A stretch of 64,000 nucleotides of DNA from an uncultured Chloroflexia bacterium (GTDB lineage: Bacteria > Chloroflexota > Limnocylindria > Limnocylindrales > CSP1-4). Location: the NCBI GenBank assembly GCA_963713975.1, contig OY970218.1:3264001-3328000 (forward strand), written 5' to 3'. A program made the position numbers and the translations under genes. The notes beneath the pieces were generated by a model. It saw nothing but the letters and a program-made list of their open reading frames with translations, ran no database searches and was not told the origin of the DNA. How positions within the stretch are numbered: position 1 is the first letter of the stretch; every line of letters begins with the position of its first letter. Shown one piece after another: positions 55,822-64,000 of the stretch.

Positions 55822-55883
55822 AGTGTAGCGAGCGGTTCGAGGGCGCACCCTCATCGCCCGGTCCCCACCAGCGGAGACAGAGC

Positions 55884-58559
55884 ATGGCCACGCCCAACGC
55901 ATTCGGCTCCCGGGCATCCCTTGGCCCCGGCCTCCCAGACTTGTACCGCCTGTCCGCGCTGGCCGGATCCGGCCTCGCGGTCGGCGTCGATCTCGGGCGG
56001 GCGCCCGTGACCCTCAAGATCCTGCTCGAGAACGCGCTCCGCCACGCTGGCGGCGGCATCGTCCTCGAGGAGGACGTCGCGACGCTGGCGGGCTGGCGGC
56101 CCGATGGCACGGGTGAGGCCGAGATCCCGTTCATGCCCAGTCGGGTCGTCCTCCAGGACTTCACCGGTGTCCCCGCCGTGGTCGACCTGGCCGCCATGCG
56201 CGATGCCATGGCCTCGCTCGGCGGGGATCCTGCGCGGGTCAACCCGCTCGTCCCGGCGGACCTGGTGATCGACCACTCCGTCCAGATCGATGCGTGGGGC
56301 GGCAGCGGCGCCTTCGCCTTCAACGTCGGTCGCGAGTACGAGCGCAACGGTGAGCGCTACCAGCTCCTGCGCTGGGCCCAGACGGCGTTCCGCGACCTGC
56401 GGGTCGTGCCGCCGGGCACGGGCATCATCCACCAGGTGAACCTCGAGTTCCTCGCCTCGGTGGTCGCCGACCGCGAGGACCCGGGAGGCCGTGTCGCGTT
56501 CCCGGACACGCTGGTGGGCACCGACTCCCACACCACGATGATCAACGGCCTCGGGGTCCTGGGCTACGGCGTCGGCGGGATCGAGGCCGAGGCCGTGCTG
56601 CTGGGCCAGCCGCTCTACCAGCCGATGCCGCGGATCGTTGGCGTCCGGCTCCACGGCGAGCTGCCCGGGGCAGCGACGGCGACCGACCTCGTGCTCGTGA
56701 TCACCGAGATGCTGCGCAAGTACGGCGTCGTCGGCGCGTTCGTGGAGTTCGCCGGCGATGGGCTGGCCGGGCTCTCGCTCGCCGACCGGGCGACGATCTC
56801 CAACATGAGCCCCGAGTTCGGGGCGACTTCGACCCTGTTCCCCATCGACGACGAGACGCTCGCGTACCTGCGGCTCACCGGCCGTCCCGCCGCGCGGGTC
56901 GAGCTCGTGGAGCGCTATGCCAAGGCGCAGGGCCTGTGGCGCGAGCCCGGAAACGGCCCGGAGTTCAGCGCCGCCCTGGAGCTGGACCTGGGGTCCGTGG
57001 AGCCCTCCCTCGCGGGCCCGCGGCGCCCGCAGGATCGGGTCGCGCTGGCCGGCGTGCCCGACAACTTCCTCGCCGCCTATCCGCAGACCGCGGGCGTCGC
57101 GGCCAAGCCCGTCGAGGCGGGTGGCCGGGAGGTCGAGATCGGGCATGGCTCGGTCACGATCGCCGCGATCACCTCGTGCACGAACACCTCGAACCCGGCG
57201 GTCATGGTGGGGGCCGGCCTGCTGGCCCGGAACGCCGTGGCCAGGGGCCTCCGGTCCTCGCCGATCGCCAAGACGTCGCTGGCCCCGGGCTCGCGCGCGG
57301 TGACCGGCTACCTCGAGCGTGCGGGCCTCATGGAGCCGCTCGCCAAGCTCGGGTTCGCGTTGGCCGGCTATGGCTGCACGACCTGCATCGGCAACTCCGG
57401 TCCGCTCGACGAGCCGGTGGCACGGGCCATCGAGGCCGACGAACTGGTCGTGGCGGCCGTGCTGTCGGGCAACCGGAACTTCGAGGGTCGCGTGCATCCG
57501 CTGGTGCGGGCGGCCTACCTCGCGTCGCCGCCGCTGGTCGTCGCGTACGCGCTTGCCGGGCGCATGGACATCGACCTCACCACGCAGCCGCTGGGCATCG
57601 GCGACGACGGGTCGCCCGTCATGCTGGCCGACATCTGGCCGAGCCCCGACGAGGTAAGCGAGGTCATGGCCGCGTCCATCGATCCCGCCCTGTTCCGCGA
57701 GACGTATGCCACGGTGTTCGAGGGCGACGAGCAGTGGCGCGCCCTGCCGATCCCGGCTGGCGACCGCTACGCGTGGGACGAGGCATCGACGTATGTCGCC
57801 AGCCCGCCGTTCTTCGCCGGCCTGACGGCGGAGCCCGCGCCGCTCACCGACATCTCGGGGGCCCGGGCCCTGGCGGTCCTCGGCGACTCGGTCACGACGG
57901 ACCACATCAGCCCCGCCGGGTCCATCGCCGCCTGGTCCCCCGCCGGCGAGTGGCTGCAGGCCCACGACGTGAGCCCCGTGGACTTCAACTCGTACGGTGC
58001 CCGGCGCGGCCACCACGAGGTGATGATGCGCGGGACCTTCGGCAACATCCGCCTGCGGAACCGGCTGGCCGAGGACCGGGAGGGGCCGTACACGGTCCAC
58101 CTGCCCGATGGCGAGCAGGCCTTCATCTACGACGCCGCGATGCGCTACCGGGACGAGGGCGTGCCGCTGGTGATCCTCGCGGGCAAGGAGTACGGATCGG
58201 GCTCGTCGCGGGACTGGGCGGCCAAGGGCACCACGCTCCTGGGCGTCCGCGCAGTGATCGCGGAGAGCTACGAGCGGATCCACCGCTCCAACCTCGTGGG
58301 CATGGGCGTGCTGCCGCTCCAGTTCCGGCCCGGCGAGAGCGCGACATCCCTCGGGCTGACCGGCCGCGAGTCCTTCACCATCGCCGGCCTGGCCACCATG
58401 GGACCGCGCGAGATCGTGACGGTCGTCGCCCGCTCCGACGAGGATGGCTCGGAGCGGGAGTTCCAGGTGATCGCCCGGCTTGACGGCCCGATCGAGGTGG
58501 ACTACCTCCGCCAGGGCGGCATCCTGCCGGCGGTGCTGCGGCGGCTTGCCGCCCTCTGA
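55884..58559 (+). CDS. acnA: Aconitate hydratase A
   Basis: QDFTGVP, DHSVQ, GTDSHT, ITSCTNTSN, GCTTCIGNSG, TTDHISPAG, GSSRDWAAKG. Confidence 0.97.
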   Translation: MATPNAFGSRASLGPGLPDLYRLSALAGSGLAVGVDLGRAPVTLKILLENALRHAGGGIVLEEDVATLAGWRPDGTGEAEIPFMPSRVVLQDFTGVPAVVDLAAMRDAMASLGGDPARVNPLVPADLVIDHSVQIDAWGGSGAFAFNVGREYERNGERYQLLRWAQTAFRDLRVVPPGTGIIHQVNLEFLASVVADREDPGGRVAFPDTLVGTDSHTTMINGLGVLGYGVGGIEAEAVLLGQPLYQPMPRIVGVRLHGELPGAATATDLVLVITEMLRKYGVVGAFVEFAGDGLAGLSLADRATISNMSPEFGATSTLFPIDDETLAYLRLTGRPAARVELVERYAKAQGLWREPGNGPEFSAALELDLGSVEPSLAGPRRPQDRVALAGVPDNFLAAYPQTAGVAAKPVEAGGREVEIGHGSVTIAAITSCTNTSNPAVMVGAGLLARNAVARGLRSSPIAKTSLAPGSRAVTGYLERAGLMEPLAKLGFALAGYGCTTCIGNSGPLDEPVARAIEADELVVAAVLSGNRNFEGRVHPLVRAAYLASPPLVVAYALAGRMDIDLTTQPLGIGDDGSPVMLADIWPSPDEVSEVMAASIDPALFRETYATVFEGDEQWRALPIPAGDRYAWDEASTYVASPPFFAGLTAEPAPLTDISGARALAVLGDSVTTDHISPAGSIAAWSPAGEWLQAHDVSPVDFNSYGARRGHHEVMMRGTFGNIRLRNRLAEDREGPYTVHLPDGEQAFIYDAAMRYRDEGVPLVILAGKEYGSGSSRDWAAKGTTLLGVRAVIAESYERIHRSNLVGMGVLPLQFRPGESATSLGLTGRESFTIAGLATMGPREIVTVVARSDEDGSEREFQVIARLDGPIEVDYLRQGGILPAVLRRLAAL

Positions 58560-58584
58560 CCCACCCGGGAGACCCGGTGGGCGC

Positions 58585-58619
58585 CACGAGGCCCCCCGTC
58601 GGAGACAGGGGGCCTCGTG
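58585..58619 (+). terminator. Hairpin terminator between convergent acnA and MFS genes
   Basis: CACGAGGCCCCC/GGGGGCCTCGTG 12-bp stem 25 nt after the acnA stop. Confidence 0.65.
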
Positions 58620-58674
58620 TTCGACGATTCCTCGCGGCGCGGGGAGGAGAAGCCGCGCGACGAGGGGACCTCGT

Positions 58675-59907
58675 TCATGGCTTCGACGCGCGGGCATCGG
58701 CCCGTGTTACGGACCCTCGCGCGCGTCCCAGCCGGGCGCCCGCGTAGATCGCCCCAGCGGACGCGAAGGCGAACAGTCCGGCCCCCAGCATGCTGGTCCA
58801 CAGGCCCGCCGCCTCCGAGATCACGCCCATCAGCGGCGGGTAGACGAGCGAGCCGACCATGGCCGCCGACGTGAGCACGCTGCTGACGAAACTGGCACGG
58901 CCCGGGTACAGGGACCCCCCGATCGCCAGGATCATCGGGTAGACCGGGCCGGCGGCAAATCCCGCGATCGCGAAGCACGCCACGGAGACCGGCAGGGACG
59001 GCACGTTGATCGCCGCGATGATCGCCACGCCGCACGCGACCGCCCACGTGACCGCAAACCGCACGGCCCCCATCCGGTCCACGATGAACGAGCTCACCAG
59101 GCGCCCCAGCGCGAGCGCCGCCCAGAACAGCGACAACGCGATCGTGGCGACCGTGATGGGGGCGTCGTCCAGGTAGGCAACCAGCCAGCTCGAGACGCCC
59201 AGCTCCGCGGCCACGTAGCAGGCGATCGCCACCGAGAGCAGGACCAGGGGCAGCGGCACCCCGAGAGGACGCCGGGCTCGGGACGTGCCCTCACCACCCG
59301 CCGCTACGGGGCCGTGGGTGGGGGGCATTTTGCGCGTCGCGAGGAGCAGCGCGAGGGGCACGGCCGCCAGCGCCGTGACCGCCGCCACCGCCTGCCACGG
59401 GATCCCATTGGCCAGGCTCAGGCCGACCGCGAGCGGGACGGCGAGAGCACCCAGCGCGAAGAACAGGTGCAGGCGATTGAGCATCGCGGCCCGGCCGGCA
59501 AACAGGTCCATGAACAGGGCATTGACGCCCGCGTCGATGATCCCGGCGCCGAGGCCCATGGCCACGAACCCGGCCAGGAAGGCCGGCCACGACCCGGCGG
59601 CCGCGATCCCGGCCATGCCGACCGCGATCAGGCTCGGGCCGGCGGCGAGCAGCAGGCGCCGTGGCATGCGCCCCGCGAGGATCCCCGCGGACATGGTGCC
59701 CATGACGTACAGCAGGCCGTTGAGGAAGTAGGCCAGGCCCATGCCTCCATCGGTCTGTCCAAAGGTCCGCTGGACGTCCCGGATCACGGATGGGACGAGC
59801 AGGCTCGTCCAGCCCAGCAGCAGGAACGCGGCGAAGCCCACGACGACGGTCATCCGGCCGGGCACCTGGCTGGCGGCGGGCTGCGACGAGGCGGCGGGCT
59901 GCGACAT
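58675..59907 (-). CDS. MFS transporter
   Basis: About 12 hydrophobic segments; motif-A-like GILAGRMPRR and IVDRMGA. Confidence 0.9.
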   Translation of the reverse strand: MSQPAASSQPAASQVPGRMTVVVGFAAFLLLGWTSLLVPSVIRDVQRTFGQTDGGMGLAYFLNGLLYVMGTMSAGILAGRMPRRLLLAAGPSLIAVGMAGIAAAGSWPAFLAGFVAMGLGAGIIDAGVNALFMDLFAGRAAMLNRLHLFFALGALAVPLAVGLSLANGIPWQAVAAVTALAAVPLALLLATRKMPPTHGPVAAGGEGTSRARRPLGVPLPLVLLSVAIACYVAAELGVSSWLVAYLDDAPITVATIALSLFWAALALGRLVSSFIVDRMGAVRFAVTWAVACGVAIIAAINVPSLPVSVACFAIAGFAAGPVYPMILAIGGSLYPGRASFVSSVLTSAAMVGSLVYPPLMGVISEAAGLWTSMLGAGLFAFASAGAIYAGARLGRARGSVTRADARASKP

Positions 59908-59927
59908 CGGGCTCCGGGAATGCAGAA

Positions 59928-59949
59928 GGCGGAGCCGGAAGGCTCCGCC
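59928..59949 (-). terminator. Hairpin downstream of the tRNA
   Basis: GGCGGAGCC-4 nt-GGCTCCGCC 9-bp stem followed by TTCT on the minus strand. Confidence 0.6.
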
Positions 59950-59962
59950 GTGGTGGTCGCGG

Positions 59963-60043
<81 letters not shown>

Positions 60044-60100
60044 CCCGAGGGGGACCAGCATTCTAGCGCGCCCGAACGGGTCCCGGGAGCACCGACCCCA

Positions 60101-60382
60101 TCACGAGTGCAGGCCCGGCCATCGCTCCCGCGCCCGATCCGCCGGTAGCCCGTCCACGACGACCAGCTTGATCCGGCCCGCGGCGCCCGAGGCCAGGCGG
60201 AGGTCGCGGCGCGCCACGCCAAGCTCGTCCGCCAGGAGCCGGAGCAGCGCCTCGTTGGCAGCGCCGTCCACCGGGGGGGCGCTGACACGAGCCCGCAGGA
60301 CGCCGTCCGCGACACCATCGACCCGGTCCGACCCGCCGCGCGGCGTCAGGCGCACCCGGAAGCGGGCCTCAATCCCGCTCAC
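60101..60382 (-). CDS. DUF167/YggU family protein
   Basis: VRLTPR, APPVDGAANEAL, G...RIK. Confidence 0.9.
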   Translation of the reverse strand: MSGIEARFRVRLTPRGGSDRVDGVADGVLRARVSAPPVDGAANEALLRLLADELGVARRDLRLASGAAGRIKLVVVDGLPADRARERWPGLHS

Positions 60383-61116
60383 CTGGATCCGGCCGGTGCC
60401 GCGGTACGGTCGCCGAAGATCGCCCGGCCGACCCTGACGATCGTCGCGCCCTCCTCCACGGCCAGCTCGTAATCGTCGGACATGCCCATCGACAGCGCCG
60501 GGCCGAGGCCTGGCCAGGTGCGGCGCAGCGCGCCGGACAGCTCCCGCAGCGCGCTGAACGTGGCCCGCGCCTCGGCGGGGTCGGCGGTCAGGCGGCCGAT
60601 GGTCATCAGTCCGAGGACGTCGAGCGCCGGGAGCCGGACCAGGCGGTCCATCGCCGACCGCAGCGAATCGGGACTGAAGCCGGCCTTCGCGGGATCGAGG
60701 TCCACGTTCACCTGCAGCAGGATCGAGACGGGGCGTCCCACGTGAGCCTCGGATGCGATCCCGGAGAGCCGGACCGCAAGCTCCTCGGAGTGGACGGACT
60801 CGATGACGTCGAATAGCTCGATCGCCCGGCGCGCCTTGTTCCCCTGGACCGGCCCGATGAGATGCCAGGTGGCGCCGGGCACCTCGGGGATCTTGGCGGC
60901 TCCCTCCTGGACCCGGTTCTCCCCGAGGGTGGTGAAGCCCCCGGCCACGGCCGTGCGCACCCGGCTGGCAGGCACGGTCTTGGAGACCGCGACCAGGGTG
61001 ACCGAGTCCGGGTCGCGTCCACTGCGCGTCGCTGCCGCTGCGATGCGCTCCTGCACATCCTCCCGGGCGCGCGTGAACGCCTCGACCTCCAGGGGATCGA
61101 GGCGTTCAGTGGTCAT
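60379..61116 (-). CDS. yggS: PLP homeostasis protein (YggS/PLPBP)
   Basis: LVAVSKT, GENRVQE, WHLIG, GLMTIG, LSMGMSDD, VRVGRAIFG. Confidence 0.95.
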   Translation of the reverse strand: MTTERLDPLEVEAFTRAREDVQERIAAAATRSGRDPDSVTLVAVSKTVPASRVRTAVAGGFTTLGENRVQEGAAKIPEVPGATWHLIGPVQGNKARRAIELFDVIESVHSEELAVRLSGIASEAHVGRPVSILLQVNVDLDPAKAGFSPDSLRSAMDRLVRLPALDVLGLMTIGRLTADPAEARATFSALRELSGALRRTWPGLGPALSMGMSDDYELAVEEGATIVRVGRAIFGDRTAAPAGSR

Positions 61117-61148
61117 CGGAGCGGCCGCCCGCGGAGGCGGGCACCGGC

Positions 61149-62384
61149 TCAGCGGCGGCGGAGGAAGCTCGGGATCTCGAGGTCGTCCGCGTCGTAGGGA
61201 GCAGCCTTGCGCGCAGGGGCCTCACCAACGGACCGCGAGGGCGCAGTGTCCCGGACACGCGGCACGTCGGGGTCGACCTCGGTGCGCTGGCGCTCCAGCT
61301 CCTCCAGGAAGTCGCGAGCAGGGACGGTCGGCATCACCGTGGCGGGTGCCCCGGCGGCTGCGCCGGCGGGACGCGACCCCACGGCCGAGCCGGAACGCTC
61401 GGCGGCGGCGGCGCGACCGGTCTCCTGGCGGCGCCGGGCGTCGAAACCCGTGGCGATCACGGTGATCATCACGTCCTCGCCGAGGCGCTCGTTGAAGCTG
61501 GTCCCGAAGATGATGTTGGCCTCCGGATCTGCCGCGGCCTTGATCTCCTCGGCTGCCTCGGTGACCTCCCACAGGGTGAGGTTCGCCGAACCGGTGATGT
61601 TGAACAGGATCCCCTGGGCGCCGGCGATGCTGATCTCCAGCAGCGGGCTGGCCACGGCCTGGCGTGCAGCCTCGAGAGCGCGGCTCTCGCCGCTCGCCCG
61701 GCCGATGCCCATCAGGGCGGACCCCGCGTCCTTCATGATCGTGCGCACGTCGGCAAAGTCGAGGTTGATCAGCCCGGGCACCGTGATGATGTCGCTGATG
61801 CCCGCGACGCCCTGGCGGAGGACGTCATCCACGACCCGGAACGCGTCGACGATGGACACGTTCTTCTGCACCACGTCGCGCAGGCGGTCGTTGGGGATGG
61901 TGATCAGGGTGTCGACCTTGGCCTTGAGCTCCTCAGCGGCCTTTTCGGCCACGAGCTTGCGGCGGCTCCCCTCGAAGCTGAAGGGCTTGGTGACGACACC
62001 GATCGTGAGCGCGCCCTGTTCCTTCGCGATCTCGGCCACGATGGGTGCCGCGCCGGAGCCGGTGCCCCCGCCCAGCCCGGCGGTGATAAACACCATGTCC
62101 GAATCCGCGAGGGCGTCCGAGATCTTGTCCCGGTCCTCCTCCGCCGCGCGCGCACCGATGGTGGCGTCGCCGCCTGCACCGAGGCCGCGGGTGATCTTGT
62201 CGCCGATGCGGATCTTGTGCGGGGCGTCGGACTGGAGAAGGGCCTGGGCATCCGTGTTGCAGGCGATGAACTCGACGCCCATCATCTCGGCGCGGATCAT
62301 CCGGTTCACGGCGTTGCTGCCGCCGCCGCCCACGCCGATGACGCGGATGAGGGCGAAGTTCTCGGAGTCGGAACGCAGCGGCAT
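61149..62384 (-). CDS. ftsZ: Cell division protein FtsZ
   Basis: [26 protein letters not shown]-terminal [10 protein letters not shown]. Confidence 0.99.
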   Translation of the reverse strand: MPLRSDSENFALIRVIGVGGGGSNAVNRMIRAEMMGVEFIACNTDAQALLQSDAPHKIRIGDKITRGLGAGGDATIGARAAEEDRDKISDALADSDMVFITAGLGGGTGSGAAPIVAEIAKEQGALTIGVVTKPFSFEGSRRKLVAEKAAEELKAKVDTLITIPNDRLRDVVQKNVSIVDAFRVVDDVLRQGVAGISDIITVPGLINLDFADVRTIMKDAGSALMGIGRASGESRALEAARQAVASPLLEISIAGAQGILFNITGSANLTLWEVTEAAEEIKAAADPEANIIFGTSFNERLGEDVMITVIATGFDARRRQETGRAAAAERSGSAVGSRPAGAAAGAPATVMPTVPARDFLEELERQRTEVDPDVPRVRDTAPSRSVGEAPARKAAPYDADDLEIPSFLRRR

Positions 62385-62492
62385 CGGCGCTCTCCTGGAG
62401 GTTGGCGGCGCTGGAATTGGCGTCGGATCGTTGGTCGCTCGGCCCCGCGAGCCCCTGCGCCGGTGGCGCGCCGGACCCCTTCGGGAGTTTGG

Positions 62493-62498
62493 AGTATA
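62493..62498 (-). promoter_or_regulatory. Putative -10 box (TATACT) for ftsZ
   Basis: Near-consensus hexamer in the 300-bp yjbQ-ftsZ gap, about 110 nt upstream of the ftsZ ATG. Confidence 0.45.
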
Positions 62499-62683
62499 CC
62501 CGCGTGGTCGGGATCGGTCCCTGTCGAAATCGAGGACCGTCGGCCGTGGCTCACCGGTCGCCGCAAGGTCCTGGTTCCGATCCCTGCATGACTCAGGCCA
62601 CGCTTGGAGCCGTCAGGGCCATGCGGCTGCGGATCGGATCACAGGTCGGCGAGCGTGGCGGCGGCCGCCGCAGCCCCCAGCTT

Positions 62684-63097
62684 TCAGCCGGCGAGGAAGC
62701 TCAACCGGACGCGGCGGGTCGCGTTGTCCTCGTTGGGATCCAGCAGCGTGATCGACTGCCATGTGCCGAGCGCGAGGCGACCCCCGATCACCGGGACGCT
62801 CATCGACGGCGGCGCGAGCAGCGGCAGCACGTGGTCGGCGCCATGGCCCGGTGACCCGTGGCGATGGGTCCAGCGGTCATCACGCGGCAGCAGGCGGTCC
62901 AGGGCGGTCACGGCGTCGTCGTCGGAACCGGCACCCAGCTCGAGCACGACGATGCCCGCCGTCGCGTGCGGGACGAAGACATGGAGCAGCCCGTCACCAC
63001 CCTCGGCCGCCTCGGCGGCGAAGCGGGCACAGGCCGGTGTCAGGTCCGTGAAGCCCCGGTCTCGGCCGGTCCGGACCTCGAGCTCCAGCGAGCGCAT
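62684..63097 (-). CDS. yjbQ: YjbQ/UPF0047 family protein
   Basis: FVPHATAG, H.HG.PGHGADH, LGTWQ. Confidence 0.9.
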   Translation of the reverse strand: MRSLELEVRTGRDRGFTDLTPACARFAAEAAEGGDGLLHVFVPHATAGIVVLELGAGSDDDAVTALDRLLPRDDRWTHRHGSPGHGADHVLPLLAPPSMSVPVIGGRLALGTWQSITLLDPNEDNATRRVRLSFLAG

Positions 63098-63100
63098 GCG

Positions 63101-64000
63101 CTACGGGAAGATCGAGCGGAATGCGCTCCGGATCCGGCTCAGGCCCCCGCCGCCGGGCGCGGACTCGTAGTGCATCGGGTCACCCGCGGCGATCTGCTCC
63201 GCGCCCCAGCGCAGGAGGCCCACGGCGGTCGCGTAGGACGGATCCTGGATCGTGTCGACGAGGCCGCTGATCCCGGTCGGGCCGCTCACCCGAACCGGCA
63301 TCTGGAGCACCTCGCGGCCGAGCTCGGCCGTACCGGCCAGCTGGGCGGCGCCACCCGTGAGGATGATCCCGGCCGGCAGCATCCCGTGGCCGCTGCGCGT
63401 CATCTCCGTACGCAGGAGCTCGAACGTCTCCCGCATCCGCGACTCGATGATCCGGCACAGCTCCTCGCGGCTGACCGTGCGGCCGGCGTCATCGCCCAGG
63501 ACCGCAACCGAGATCTCCTCGTCCTCGATGTTGCGCAGGTCGCACGTCCCGTGGCGGATCTTGAGCTCCTCGGCGACCTGGAGCGTGGTCTTGACGCCGA
63601 TCGCGACGTCGTTGGTCACGTTGTTGCCGCCGACTGGAAGGACCGCGGTATGGAACGGCGACCCGTCTGCGAACAGGGTGAGGTCGATGGTGCCGGCCCC
63701 GATGTCGGCGACCGCGACGCCCAGCTCCTTCTCCGTCTCGGACACGACCGCCTCGGCGGAGGCGAGCCCGTTGACGACCAGCTCGTCGATCTTGACGCCC
63801 GCCAGCTGCACGCACTTGGTGAGGTTCTGGACCGCGGTGGCGGACGCGGTGACGATGTGCACCTCGACCTCGAGGCGCAGGGCGCTCATCCCCAACGGGT
63901 CCTTGACACCCTCCTGGCCGTCGACGGTGAAGCCGCGCCGCTCCACGTGGAGCACGTCCCGGTTGCTGGGGATGGACACTGCCCGGGCGACCTCGATCGC
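63101..64000 (-). CDS. ftsA: Cell division protein FtsA, 5' end outside the window
   Basis: VDGQEGVKDPLGM..RLEV, DIGAGT, GGNNVTND, AEELK, LTGGAAQL, YATAVGL. Confidence 0.95.
   Translation of the reverse strand, partial: AIEVARAVSIPSNRDVLHVERRGFTVDGQEGVKDPLGMSALRLEVEVHIVTASATAVQNLTKCVQLAGVKIDELVVNGLASAEAVVSETEKELGVAVADIGAGTIDLTLFADGSPFHTAVLPVGGNNVTNDVAIGVKTTLQVAEELKIRHGTCDLRNIEDEEISVAVLGDDAGRTVSREELCRIIESRMRETFELLRTEMTRSGHGMLPAGIILTGGAAQLAGTAELGREVLQMPVRVSGPTGISGLVDTIQDPSYATAVGLLRWGAEQIAAGDPMHYESAPGGGGLSRIRSAFRSIFP

Noticed and set aside
55278-55883. Long N-terminal extensions in the ORF track (acnA, purL, rsmI, gcvT, AKR, DUF2520)
   Set aside because: They overlap neighbouring genes; homology and RBS or stop-start overlaps point to the later starts used above.

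Overview
High-GC (about 70% by eye) bacterial chromosomal segment made almost entirely of housekeeping genes, most on the minus strand. The style of the GroEL and FtsZ N-termini suggests Chloroflexota (inference, not checked by search). In order, it holds a partial amino-acid ABC binding lipoprotein, ligA, an FMN alpha-hydroxy-acid oxidase, an aldo/keto reductase, two DinB-like proteins, pcrA, groES-groEL with a CIRCE operator, tatD and metG. Next come a purine operon (purA-D-B-C-S-Q-L-F-M plus a purN-purH fusion), ssb, rsmI, a split glutaminase + nadE pair and two oligopeptide ABC operons flanking a divergent family-5 binding protein. The remainder is an ECF sigma/anti-sigma pair, gcvT-H-PA-PB, a NUDIX hydrolase, a DUF2520 oxidoreductase, acnA, an MFS transporter, tRNA-Val(CAC), yggU, yggS, ftsZ, yjbQ and partial ftsA. 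I saw no mobile element, CRISPR array or rRNA. The most interesting signals are: (1) a ~375-nt non-coding element between tatD and the groES promoter, with paired ends and two possible pseudoknots (candidate large ncRNA); (2) an apparently circularly permuted family-5 binding protein; (3) an OppF ATPase fused to a four-helix membrane domain; (4) a structured purA leader that matches no purine riboswitch I recognise; (5) a MetG whose HIGH motif reads GLHT; (6) recurrent TANNNT boxes 6-7 nt before start codons, suggesting leaderless mRNAs. All product calls come from motif recognition by eye.
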